From: Polyangiaceae bacterium
GTDB taxonomy: Bacteria; Myxococcota_A; Polyangia; Polyangiales; Polyangiaceae
Assembly: GCA_965222375.1 (NCBI GenBank)
Contig: CBDCTZ010000015.1
Location: 1,440,001-1,504,000 of the forward strand
Length of the DNA: 64,000 nt
Direction: 5' to 3'
Both the position numbers and the translations under genes were made by a program. A model generated the notes under the pieces. The model was not told the origin of the DNA, ran no database searches, and saw only the letters and a program-made list of their open reading frames with translations. Below are positions 9,911 to 18,948 of this stretch, in pieces. Position 1 is the stretch's first letter, and the number at the start of each line of letters is the position of its first letter.

Positions 9911-10873
9911 ATGGGTCGCCTTTTCGCCGCGCTCGCAGTCATCTGCATCACCGCGTGGAGTTGCCACGTCGCAGCCGAGAAACGCGCCGAGCAGTTGTTC
10001 AACAAAGGGCTGGAAGCGTTCTTGGCAGGGCGCCACGCCGAAGGGTGCCCCTTGATTCAACAGAGCCACCAGCTCGAGCCTTTGGCCGGCGTGCTGTTCA
10101 CCTTGGCCGAGTGCCAACAAGGCTGGGGCAAGCTGAAGACAGCGAATGACACCTACGCGAAGTTCCTCACGGCGGTGGGCGAGCTCCCGGCGGCAAAAGC
10201 CGAGAAGCATGCGGATCGCGTTGCAGTGGCGCTGAGGAAGCGCGCGGCCATCGCCCCCAAGGTGCCGACAGTTACCGTCGCGCTGCGTGGAGAGATGCCA
10301 GCGGGAGGAAAGGTAATGTTCGACGATCGGGACATCAGCGCGGACCTGGGTCGCCCCATCCCGGTCGATCCGGGCACCCACAGTGTTCGACTGACGTCAC
10401 CCGAAGGCGACCTGGCGACAGCATCCGTGGATCTCGCCGTCGGCGCCAAGCGCAGCGTCGAGTTGGACTCCAGTGGTGCCTCCCCGATACAAGAGGACAT
10501 CGGCGGCGATTCAGAAACCGCTTCGCCAAACACCGCGGCGTGGGTTCTGGGGGGCGTCGGGGTGCTTGGATTGGTTGTGGGCAGCACCACGGGCTTGATG
10601 GCGTCGTCCAAGAAGCAGACCATCGACGACAACTGCCCAAATCGTACCTGCAATGCCGAAGGTCGGAATGCGGTAGACAGCGCCCAAAGCCTCGGACTAG
10701 TGAGCACCGTCTCCTTCGGCGTGGGCATCGTGGGGCTCTCCGCTGCCACCTATCTATTCTTGACAGCTAGAGACAGCACAGAACACGGCGCCAAGGGGGC
10801 GACGTCGACGCCGCGACCCGGCGTTTGGCTGACGCCCAAAGGCGGTCACGTCTCTTTGAGCGGCAGATTCTGA
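9911..10873 (+). CDS. TPR + PEGA-like exported protein (myxobacterial kinase-associated type)
   Basis: Signal peptide, TPR-like helices, VDPGTHSV beta domain, Gly-rich hydrophobic hairpin, terminal SGRF. Confidence 0.8.
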   Translation: MGRLFAALAVICITAWSCHVAAEKRAEQLFNKGLEAFLAGRHAEGCPLIQQSHQLEPLAGVLFTLAECQQGWGKLKTANDTYAKFLTAVGELPAAKAEKHADRVAVALRKRAAIAPKVPTVTVALRGEMPAGGKVMFDDRDISADLGRPIPVDPGTHSVRLTSPEGDLATASVDLAVGAKRSVELDSSGASPIQEDIGGDSETASPNTAAWVLGGVGVLGLVVGSTTGLMASSKKQTIDDNCPNRTCNAEGRNAVDSAQSLGLVSTVSFGVGIVGLSAATYLFLTARDSTEHGAKGATSTPRPGVWLTPKGGHVSLSGRF

Positions 10874-10895
10874 GCTGCTCGAGGCTGGGCTGTGC

Positions 10896-12515
10896 TCAGT
10901 CGCCGTAACTCGTCGAGTTGAACCACCACTCGGCACCGATTCCGAAGAACTGCTCCGTCTTGCGCCGTGCGAACACGTCGTCTTGGGCGTGGAGGGCCCG
11001 CGCGTCGTCGTTGCGCTGGGTCACTGCCCAAATCAGACGCAGCTGGGGACGCTTGAAAACGCCTTTTCCAGCGGGCGATAGGTAGGGCATCACGCCGAAA
11101 CGCAGCAGCTTCGCGTGCACGGGCTCGTTGGTGACGACATTGAGCACTCCGCGCTGCTGCGCCTGATACGAGCCCTCCACTGCGAGGCCTGCGTGATCTC
11201 CCAAGAACAGGTGCGGCCGAACCACGAAGATCCCTTCGTCGATGTTGCTGAACCGAAACGGCTCCGGCGTGGGCTCGCGGAAGCTGCGGAAGTAGCCGCC
11301 GACCACGACCGCAAAGTACTCGTGCTCGTAGTTCCCAGAGATACCCATCCGAGTCTCTGTGGCGCCCTCCACGGTCTTGTCCGGCGCAGTGCCCTCGGGA
11401 GTCGCCAACTCGCCGTAGGCCGCGAGCCCCGTAGCGTGACGAAAGAAGAGATTGACGAAGGTATCGCGCTCGCCCGTGAACAGCCCCACCTGGGCGCCGA
11501 ACAGGGCTCCGCTGTCGCCCACGACGGGTTCGATCACACCGGGGCTTTCTTCCCGCTCACCGCTGGGCAGGCGGTGCACTTCGCCATACAGCACACCCTT
11601 CAGGCCAGCTTTGCCGGATAGGGGCTGAATGTGCTGCAGCTTCAGGCTGGAAATCACGCGCGGCCGGTTGAGCAGCTCAACCGTCGCCACTCCGGGCTGA
11701 TTCTGCGCCGCCGGGCGCTCCACTTCCTGGAATTGAAAGGGATCCGCAGCGCGATTCAACCCGAGGTGCCAAGCCACGTAGGTCTTCATGCCGGGAATGT
11801 CGAAACGTACGCCACCACCAATCGTGTTCAGGTTGTCGAGGGGCCAGAAGTCCAGCAGGTAGATATCGTCGCCCCGGTACATGCGCGAACCGATCCAGGC
11901 GCTCAGCCCCTTGTCTCCGATCCCACGCTCTTCGACGTAGAGATTGCGCAAGGCGATCTTGGCGTCGAAGTTCCCATCGTAGTGAAAAACAGGCGCGCCA
12001 ATGGCAAGAGTGGTCACGATGCGCGATGAGAGCCCAGGTTCCCACTCGTCGTCTCGCCGCAACTCCAGCTCGGCGTAGGTGCCTTCGTCGATCCGAGAGC
12101 CGTAGGCCACGACGTCCGCGTTGCGACCTTCACCACCTCGCCCGTCGGACGCAGCGACGACCCGACCATAAGAACCAAAGGAAAACCGACTGCGCGGAAA
12201 AGCCGGCTTGGCCGCCACCTTGGTGGCGCTTGGAACGGTCTCCTCGGGTTGACGACCTGGCCGGAAGGGTTCCCGCGCACTCACGGCGCCAGCGGGAGAT
12301 ACGGGTCGAACCGGTGCGGCAGTTGCGGGTGGCGTCTCCTCTGGAGCTGGCGGTGGAGTCCCGGCTCCCTCCGGCGCGGGCTCGGGGGTTTTTGTCTCCT
12401 CGAGCTCGACCGGTTCTGGCGCGGGCGCCTCCGGCTCGGCGGCTGGGGCCTCCGGCTGCGCGGATGCCTGCCCCACCCAAAGGAGGACGGCCCACGGCAA
12501 GAATCGGCGACCCAT
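10896..12515 (-). CDS. Carbohydrate porin (LamB/maltoporin-like)
   Basis: Signal peptide, Pro-rich linker, FGSYGR, WIGSRMYRGDDIYLLDFW, RPQLR, terminal FGIGAEWWF. Confidence 0.85.
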   Translation of the reverse strand: MGRRFLPWAVLLWVGQASAQPEAPAAEPEAPAPEPVELEETKTPEPAPEGAGTPPPAPEETPPATAAPVRPVSPAGAVSAREPFRPGRQPEETVPSATKVAAKPAFPRSRFSFGSYGRVVAASDGRGGEGRNADVVAYGSRIDEGTYAELELRRDDEWEPGLSSRIVTTLAIGAPVFHYDGNFDAKIALRNLYVEERGIGDKGLSAWIGSRMYRGDDIYLLDFWPLDNLNTIGGGVRFDIPGMKTYVAWHLGLNRAADPFQFQEVERPAAQNQPGVATVELLNRPRVISSLKLQHIQPLSGKAGLKGVLYGEVHRLPSGEREESPGVIEPVVGDSGALFGAQVGLFTGERDTFVNLFFRHATGLAAYGELATPEGTAPDKTVEGATETRMGISGNYEHEYFAVVVGGYFRSFREPTPEPFRFSNIDEGIFVVRPHLFLGDHAGLAVEGSYQAQQRGVLNVVTNEPVHAKLLRFGVMPYLSPAGKGVFKRPQLRLIWAVTQRNDDARALHAQDDVFARRKTEQFFGIGAEWWFNSTSYGD

Positions 12516-12618
12516 GAGCGCTTCGATAGCAGGCCCACCCCGTTCTGGAAATCTGGAAAAAACCTGGCGAAAATTCCCCTTGCAACGCCCGAAACCAGGC
12601 GCCATGCTCCGCGTCGCT

Positions 12619-12759
12619 ATGGAACCCGGACTGGTCACTCTCGCGAAAATCGTCGGGCTGCTACTGGGAGCCATCTCCATCGTTCCCCTGGTGTTCTTGC
12701 TGCTCCCCGGGGATCGGAGCGAGCCCAAAGAGTCCGAAGTCTTCGACACGGTCCACTGA
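12619..12759 (+). CDS. Small single-pass membrane protein (46 aa)
   Basis: MEPGLVTLAKIVGLLLGAISIVPLVFLLLP followed by an acidic tail; GC3-rich codons; lies upstream of the GH15 gene. Confidence 0.55.
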   Translation: MEPGLVTLAKIVGLLLGAISIVPLVFLLLPGDRSEPKESEVFDTVH

Positions 12760-12807
12760 GCTCCGGGCGCTCGCTTTCGAATCGGCGTGCGCTAAGCTCC
12801 GCGCCCC

Positions 12808-15033
12808 ATGCGCAGGCATATTCTCTCCGCGCTCGCTGTCGCGTGCCTGGCGACCTCGGCACATGCTGATGTAACGCCCCATCGTTCAGCCCCCATGGTG
12901 GTGTCTTCCAACGGCAAGGCCGTCGTTGGCTACGACGTGGCGACCAAGCGCATCTCCAGCTTCCTCGAACACCCGTACCAGATGCGGAGCGACGGTAGCC
13001 GCACGCGGGATCTCGCTTTTGACATGTACCCGGGGGTGCGGGTCGGTGCGGCGGGCACCGCGGGCACCTGGCTCTCGGACATCGAACCCAAGAGCCTCGG
13101 TTATGAAGTCGGCACCGGCATCATCGTGATCGAGCGGGAGACCTCCGGCATTCGCGCATCCGAGTACGTATTTTCGCCGATGGGGCTACCGGAACACGCC
13201 TTTGTTTCGCTCGTCAAAGTCGAGCGGCTCAGTGGCGGGCCCACAGCCGTGGACGGATACCAGTTGTTCAACTTCCACCTCGGCGCTGGAGCACCCGACC
13301 CAGACGCCAAGGGCGAAACCATACAGTGGGATGGGACCCGCGACGCCTGGATGGAGTGGGGCAGCAGCGGCCTGACCTTGGCCTACGGCGCACTCACCAC
13401 CAGTGCGCACCACTCTGCAAGCCCAGACAATCCTTTTGGCGTATTGACCTCGGGCGGAGATCTATCCGACAACGCGGGAACCGGCGGGAGCTACGACGAC
13501 GCCGCGGCAGGCTTGCAGTGGAGCCTGGGCAGCCTGAACGACGGGCAAACCGCCTGGTTTGGCTCGTTCGTGGTTCTGGATGCAAACAGCGACGTGGCGC
13601 CGCGCATCGACGCCGTACGCAGCTGGGTCGGGGGGCGCACGCCCGACAAGATCCTCGAAGACGAAAAGGCCGAATGGGCGGCATGGCACAAACCGCCGCC
13701 GACCGGGTTGGGAGTACTGGAAGCACCGCTCTACCAGCAATCCATGGCCGTCTTGCGCATGGGCCAAGTGAGCGAGCCGGGCAAAGGCGACGGACAGATC
13801 TTGGCCAGCTTGCCGCCTGGCATGTGGAACATCGCTTGGGTGCGGGACATGGCCTACGCCGTCGTGGCTCTGGCGCGCTCCGGCCACACCGCCGAGGCCA
13901 AGCGCGCACTGGAGTTTCAATTAGGCGCCGAAAGCGGCAAGTACCAGGATTACGTCGGGCACCCCTACAAGATCAGTATCACGCGCTACTTCGGAGACGG
14001 TGTCGAAGAGACGGACTCCAACGAGTTCGGCCCAAACATCGAATTCGATGGCTTTGGCCTGTTTCTGTGGACGCTGGACGAATACGTGCGGGCGTCTGGA
14101 GACGAAGCCAGCTTGAAGAGCTGGTGGACGAGTGTCAGCACGGAAGTTGCGGATACCCTGGTAGCGTTGCAGGAGCCGTCAGGGCTGATTGCGCCAGACT
14201 CCAGTATTTGGGAAGTGCACTGGGACGGGCAGCAGAAGCGCTTCGCCTACACCACCATCACCGCCGCCAACGGCTTGTGTCGCGCCGCGACCATGGCGGA
14301 GCAGGTCGGAGACACGGCGCGAGCGACGACCTACCGGGAAGCGGGGCAGCGCGCGCGCGATGCCTTGATCAAGGAGCTCTCGGCGCCGGATGGCACCATC
14401 GCCCAGAGTCTCGAAGAACTTCAGAGCGGCTCCGGGTTTCTGGACGCTGCGGCCATCGAAGCCGTCGGTATGGGTCTAGTGGATCCCTCCGGTCGCGCCG
14501 CGAAGGCAACGCTCGCGGCCATGAAGTCGAAGCTGGTTCCTCCGAGTGCCCGTGGCTTCTTCCGAAACGACGACGGCGGTTGGTACGACAGCCAGGAGTG
14601 GGTCTTCGTGGATCTGCGCGCTGGCGTGTCGATGCGCAAGATGCAGGACGACGAGGTCGCGCCGCTGCTGAACTGGATCACCAGCCAGGGTAGCGAGAAC
14701 TTCAACTTGGTCAGCGAGCTACATGACGCCCAGAACGCCGACTATCGCGGCGAGATGCCCATGGTTGGGTTCGGCGCCGGCGCCTACGCGATTGCGATGA
14801 TGGACCGCGCCACTCCCGAAGACGTCATCCCCTGCGGCGAGTACGCCGACGAAAGCCTGGGTAGCGGCGGAGCCGGCGGAGCGGGCGGCAGGGGCGGTGG
14901 CGGAAGCAAAGCCACAGGCGAAGAGGACGATGGTGGATGCGGCTGTCGCATTCGAACAAACAACGGCGGCAGCGTCTCGCTTTGGGCATTGCTCGCTCTG
15001 ACCATCGCCGGATTGCGACGTCGTCGACGCTAG
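12808..15033 (+). CDS. GH15 glucoamylase-like protein with MYXO-CTERM anchor
   Basis: AWVRD, SIWE, catalytic-like VSE near the C-terminus; tail GGCGC...LWALLALTIAGLRRRRR. Confidence 0.88.
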   Translation: MRRHILSALAVACLATSAHADVTPHRSAPMVVSSNGKAVVGYDVATKRISSFLEHPYQMRSDGSRTRDLAFDMYPGVRVGAAGTAGTWLSDIEPKSLGYEVGTGIIVIERETSGIRASEYVFSPMGLPEHAFVSLVKVERLSGGPTAVDGYQLFNFHLGAGAPDPDAKGETIQWDGTRDAWMEWGSSGLTLAYGALTTSAHHSASPDNPFGVLTSGGDLSDNAGTGGSYDDAAAGLQWSLGSLNDGQTAWFGSFVVLDANSDVAPRIDAVRSWVGGRTPDKILEDEKAEWAAWHKPPPTGLGVLEAPLYQQSMAVLRMGQVSEPGKGDGQILASLPPGMWNIAWVRDMAYAVVALARSGHTAEAKRALEFQLGAESGKYQDYVGHPYKISITRYFGDGVEETDSNEFGPNIEFDGFGLFLWTLDEYVRASGDEASLKSWWTSVSTEVADTLVALQEPSGLIAPDSSIWEVHWDGQQKRFAYTTITAANGLCRAATMAEQVGDTARATTYREAGQRARDALIKELSAPDGTIAQSLEELQSGSGFLDAAAIEAVGMGLVDPSGRAAKATLAAMKSKLVPPSARGFFRNDDGGWYDSQEWVFVDLRAGVSMRKMQDDEVAPLLNWITSQGSENFNLVSELHDAQNADYRGEMPMVGFGAGAYAIAMMDRATPEDVIPCGEYADESLGSGGAGGAGGRGGGGSKATGEEDDGGCGCRIRTNNGGSVSLWALLALTIAGLRRRRR

Positions 15034-15269
15034 CCGCGCGCCGCTAGGAGGCGTCGCAGCCCAACGTTCGACGCATCTGTCTTTTTGATTGGGTCGCGTC
15101 TCTTGCGCAAGACGGGCCACTACTCTCGCGTTGCGCCGCGCGATCCGTCCTGCACGTTGCGCGTTCTGCTAAAGCTACGGCGGTCCAGGCGACCTCAAAG
15201 TTCGGCGGGCCCGTTCGAAGTCGCCTTCTCGGACGGTATCGACCGGAATGCCTTGGTCGACAACCTCCG

Positions 15270-15620
15270 TCAGGAGTCATCCTCGTCGTCTCCTCCCTCT
15301 CCTTCGCCCAAGACTCGCGCCTTGACTCGATGAAAGTAGCGGCGACTAATGCCCGCAGCTGAGGCGGCACGAGTCACGTTGCCGCCATGAAGCTCGAGCA
15401 TATGCTCTACGAAGCGCCGGTCGAACTCGTCCATGACCCGAGATCGCGCGTCAGGGAATGGCAGCTCTTCGCTCAAGATGCGCATGATGGTGTCACCCGT
15501 GGCTGGGAGGCTGCCGACTGACGGACTTGTCTCGAGTCCATCGACGTCGCTGAGGTCACCGAGGGCAAACCTCCTCATCACGGCGTTCTTCAGCTCGCGC
15601 ACGTTGCCGGGCCAGTCCAC
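15270..15620 (-). pseudogene. C-terminal remnant of a sigma54-dependent activator
   Basis: DWPGNVRELKN plus Fis HTH (GNVTRAASAAGISRRYF); Walker motifs and GAFTGA are absent. Confidence 0.85.
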
Positions 15621-15894
15621 CGCCCACGCAAGCGGCCAACTTGCACACGCCGTGCAAACACATGGCACTCCCACCGGTGTCGCAAGGCCCGCAGCCCGCG
15701 CTAGCGCAACCGTAGTCAGGGTCGTCGATGAACCGGCAAGCCCCGTCGCACAACTTCTGGCTCGGGGGACAGCTGACAGTTTCCAGACCTGGCCCAACCT
15801 GGGCATTGTCCCTCAGGCTGTCGAGATCATTCAGAGAGCAGGCTGGCAGCGCCAAGTTGAAGCCAAGCCCTACCACGAAGACGAAACGTGACAT
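15621..15894 (-). pseudogene. N-terminal remnant of a Cys-rich lipoprotein
   Basis: MSRFVFVVGLGFNLALPAC lipobox, then CPPSQKLCDGAC...DPDYGC...; runs out of frame into the activator remnant. Confidence 0.75.
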
Positions 15895-15907
15895 GGCAGA
15901 TCCGCCC

Positions 15908-15923
15908 AGCAGTTCTCGTGCCA
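15908..15923 (-). promoter_or_regulatory. Putative sigma54 promoter
   Basis: Minus strand TGGCACG-AGAA-CTGCT, near consensus, immediately upstream of ATG 15894. Confidence 0.75.
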
Positions 15924-16053
15924 GACACAGCACTGGGAGAAGCTGGCGATTGTTGGGGGACACAACGCCACTGTGAACAGAGCGTTCTCGGCAGAGAGAA
16001 CAGATTGGTCTCGGCAAGCGTGGAAAAGCCGGCTCGATCCCCACCGTCGCAAT

Positions 16054-16069
16054 TGGCACGCCCCGTGAA
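16054..16069 (+). promoter_or_regulatory. Possible sigma54 promoter (variant -12 element)
   Basis: TGGCACG-CCCC-GTGAA upstream of GTG 16083; -12 reads GA rather than GC. Confidence 0.45.
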
Positions 16070-16082
16070 AGGTGGCGTGGCT

Positions 16083-16970
16083 GTGATTGCCTCGATTCCT
16101 CGTTCCCCTGTCTTCCGCTGGCAAGCAGCTCCCGTTTCTCTCGCTCTCGCCCTCGGTCTGTTGGCTTGCGCTTCGGGTGAGAATGTTCCGCCTGGCGATG
16201 GTTGCGTCACGGAGTGCGACGGACGGGAATGCGGGAGTGATGGCTGCGACGGCGTCTGCGGGCAATGTCCGAGCGGAACTAGCTGCGCAAATCACACGTG
16301 CCAAAGCTGCGAGCCCCAATGCCTAGGAAAGCAATGCGGCTCAGATAGCTGCGGCTCCGAGTGTGGCTTGTGCCCCCAGGGGTCGAACTGCAACGCCAGC
16401 GGCCAGTGCACCGTCGAATGCGCGCCGCAGTGCTCAGGCCGAGAGTGCGGGCCGGACGGCTGCGGTGGGACGTGTGGGCAATGCGCGGCGGGAGTGGTTT
16501 GCGACTCGGGGAAGTGTCAAGGCGCATGCAACCCGAATTGCACGGGAAAGAACTGCGGCTCGGATGAATGTGGAGGCAGCTGTGGAAGCTGCGCCCCTGG
16601 CATGAGCTGCGACGCGACCGGGCAGTGTATCGTGAGCTGCAAGCCTAACTGCATCGGAAAGCTGTGCGGCCCTGACGGCTGTGGTGGCCTCTGCGGTAGT
16701 TGCGCAGCACACGAGTCGTGCGACGCCAGCGGCAAATGCGCGGGCGACTGTTCGCTTCATGCCTTCACATCCTGCGATGGCACAGCGACCTGGCTTGGCA
16801 GTGCTGTGCCTATTGCCCAGGCCGCGGCGTTCTGCCCAAGTGCCAAGACGTTCTCGAAGTTGGATGCCACGACGCAAAAATGGCTCGTCTACATCCCAGG
16901 CGCCCCTGCCGGCGTGAGCGAGAACTACGTCGTCTTTTGCAATGACACGATTTCGATTGCCAAGCAGTGA
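16083..16970 (+). CDS. Cys-rich repeat lipoprotein
   Basis: LLAC lipobox; five CxPxCxGxxCGxDxCGGxCGxC-type repeats; start uncertain (ORF open from 15888). Confidence 0.8.
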   Translation: MIASIPRSPVFRWQAAPVSLALALGLLACASGENVPPGDGCVTECDGRECGSDGCDGVCGQCPSGTSCANHTCQSCEPQCLGKQCGSDSCGSECGLCPQGSNCNASGQCTVECAPQCSGRECGPDGCGGTCGQCAAGVVCDSGKCQGACNPNCTGKNCGSDECGGSCGSCAPGMSCDATGQCIVSCKPNCIGKLCGPDGCGGLCGSCAAHESCDASGKCAGDCSLHAFTSCDGTATWLGSAVPIAQAAAFCPSAKTFSKLDATTQKWLVYIPGAPAGVSENYVVFCNDTISIAKQ

Positions 16971-17053
16971 CCCCCTTTGGATCCGGGAACTGTACCCCCG
17001 GATCCTCAGACTCCGAACTGGCCATGTTTTCCGGAACCAACAAGAGGGATTGT

Positions 17054-18826
17054 ATGTACTCAAATCGACCTGTGAGCAGAAAGCAATCAGCAAGCTATGC
17101 AACGACTACGTTCGTCGCTTTGCTCGTCGCTTTGCTCGCCACTTCACTCACCGCATGCGGCACTGAACCAGTACCAGAAAAACGGGCGGACCCAGGACCC
17201 GATGCCGCGGTGAGTGACGCAACAACGAGCACCTGTGTGAGTTGGAACACGACCAATATCGGTGTGATGACGACGCCCGGAAGCGTCGTGTGCGAAACAG
17301 AAAGCAAAATCCATGTAGAAACTACGGGGCAGGATATTTGGGGCAGCGCCGATTCAATGACCTACGTTCACCAAGCGCTTGTAGGCGACGGATCGATAGT
17401 GGCGCGCATCTCTTCGCTTGCCGAAACTGACCCTTGGGCAAAAGCTGGCGTAATGATCCGCGAATCACTTGATGAGGATTCCAAGCATGTTCATATGTTG
17501 GTGTCTGCGGCAGCAACCAACCAATTGAAGTTTGACGCGCGCGATGTCGTAGGCGGAAGCACAGGTGGATTCGATGGTTCAGTCGACGGCGCACCTTTTT
17601 GGGTTGCTGTGGTCCGAAAAGGAGACGACTTTTTCGGCTATGAATCGCAAGATGGCAAGACGTGGACGCTAGTTGGAAAACACACGGTAGCCATGGCAGA
17701 AACGACCTACGTTGGTCTTTCGCTCGCCTCGCACGGCGATAACCCTGTTACGAAATCCACGTTCGAATCAGTTTCGATTCCGGCCATCGGGCTACCTGCC
17801 ATACCGGACCCCCCAACCGGCGGTACGCCCATTCCATGTACAAACGGAGAGGATGTTCCCGGCTCGCGAGCAGGACTTCTCTCCGAACGATTAGGTTACG
17901 CGCAGAACGTCACTGGCGGGTCTTGCCTCCATCACGTCACCTCACTTTCGGGTTCCGGTACCGGATCACTCCGAGAAGCGCTTTCTCAATCGGGCCGTTG
18001 GATCGTCTTTGATGTGAACGGTCGTATCACTAGCGGCGGACTGAACGTCCCCAAAGACACGACGATTGATGGCCGCGGGGCCGAAATTGTCATCGACGGC
18101 ACGCTGAATATCACTAGCTCCAACGTGATCGTCGAGAACCTTGCAATGGACAACCCCAGCGGCGGCGACCTAGAGGACTTGATTGCGGTGCACGGGAGCT
18201 ACCCCGATCCGGGGCCCGATTTGGTTTGGATTGATCATGTAACCTTCAAAAGAACACCCGACGAACAGCTCCCCATGTGGGCGCATAAGACCTCAACGAC
18301 CGCCCCAAGGCGCGTCAGCGTTACTTGGAGCCACTTCACCAATGAACCATCGCCGCAAACGCCAAGCCTGACGCATGCGCTTTTGGTCGGGAGTAGCCCT
18401 CCGGGGTTCAATTCCGAGCCAACCAATCTAACTCTGGCCTTCAACGTTTTCGAAACAGGGAGTCGCCAGCCGCTACTCGGCGACGGCGCCAAAGCACACA
18501 TGTTTAACAACCTGCATGCGTGGTATGTCTATGGCCCTAGCGTTCGGTACAACGGCAAGATGCTGATCGAGAACGCAATCTTCGATGGAACCAAGGCGGG
18601 GTCGGGTAATGCGGCGTTCTCCTATGATGCCGGTCGGCTGCTCGGCGACGAAGTGATGAAAGAAACGGGAAGTTGGATGATCGGGAACGCCTTCGGCAAC
18701 GAACTCAACCCCGAAAACGTCTTTACTGTACCGTATCAGTACAAACTACAAACGCCTGACAGCACGCTGCGGACAAAAATGGAAAACGGTGCAGGCGCGC
18801 AACCATCAAGCGCCTTTTCGTTTTGA
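17054..18826 (+). CDS. Pectate lyase (PL1-like) lipoprotein with N-terminal ConA-like beta-sandwich
   Basis: LTAC lipobox; DIWGSAD, WAKAGVMIRESL; VTSLSGSGTGSLREAL, TTIDGRG, VWIDH; visibly lower GC than flanks. Confidence 0.8.
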   Translation: MYSNRPVSRKQSASYATTTFVALLVALLATSLTACGTEPVPEKRADPGPDAAVSDATTSTCVSWNTTNIGVMTTPGSVVCETESKIHVETTGQDIWGSADSMTYVHQALVGDGSIVARISSLAETDPWAKAGVMIRESLDEDSKHVHMLVSAAATNQLKFDARDVVGGSTGGFDGSVDGAPFWVAVVRKGDDFFGYESQDGKTWTLVGKHTVAMAETTYVGLSLASHGDNPVTKSTFESVSIPAIGLPAIPDPPTGGTPIPCTNGEDVPGSRAGLLSERLGYAQNVTGGSCLHHVTSLSGSGTGSLREALSQSGRWIVFDVNGRITSGGLNVPKDTTIDGRGAEIVIDGTLNITSSNVIVENLAMDNPSGGDLEDLIAVHGSYPDPGPDLVWIDHVTFKRTPDEQLPMWAHKTSTTAPRRVSVTWSHFTNEPSPQTPSLTHALLVGSSPPGFNSEPTNLTLAFNVFETGSRQPLLGDGAKAHMFNNLHAWYVYGPSVRYNGKMLIENAIFDGTKAGSGNAAFSYDAGRLLGDEVMKETGSWMIGNAFGNELNPENVFTVPYQYKLQTPDSTLRTKMENGAGAQPSSAFSF

Positions 18827-18948
18827 GTGGCTACTGGAGTTGAGTCGAACGCGGGCGAGTGCGCGGGGGATGGTGGGACCAGTCGGGTCCCAACCTAGGC
18901 CAGCCGCCCGCTTCCTCGTACGGATGAGGCCCACGCCAGAAGCCCCCG

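Noticed and set aside
13326..14693. Long alternative-frame and antisense ORFs (this one, 28701-29618, 30915-32111, 36193-37293 and similar)
   Set aside because: Expected shadows of high-GC coding sequence; Arg/Ala/Pro-rich with no motifs
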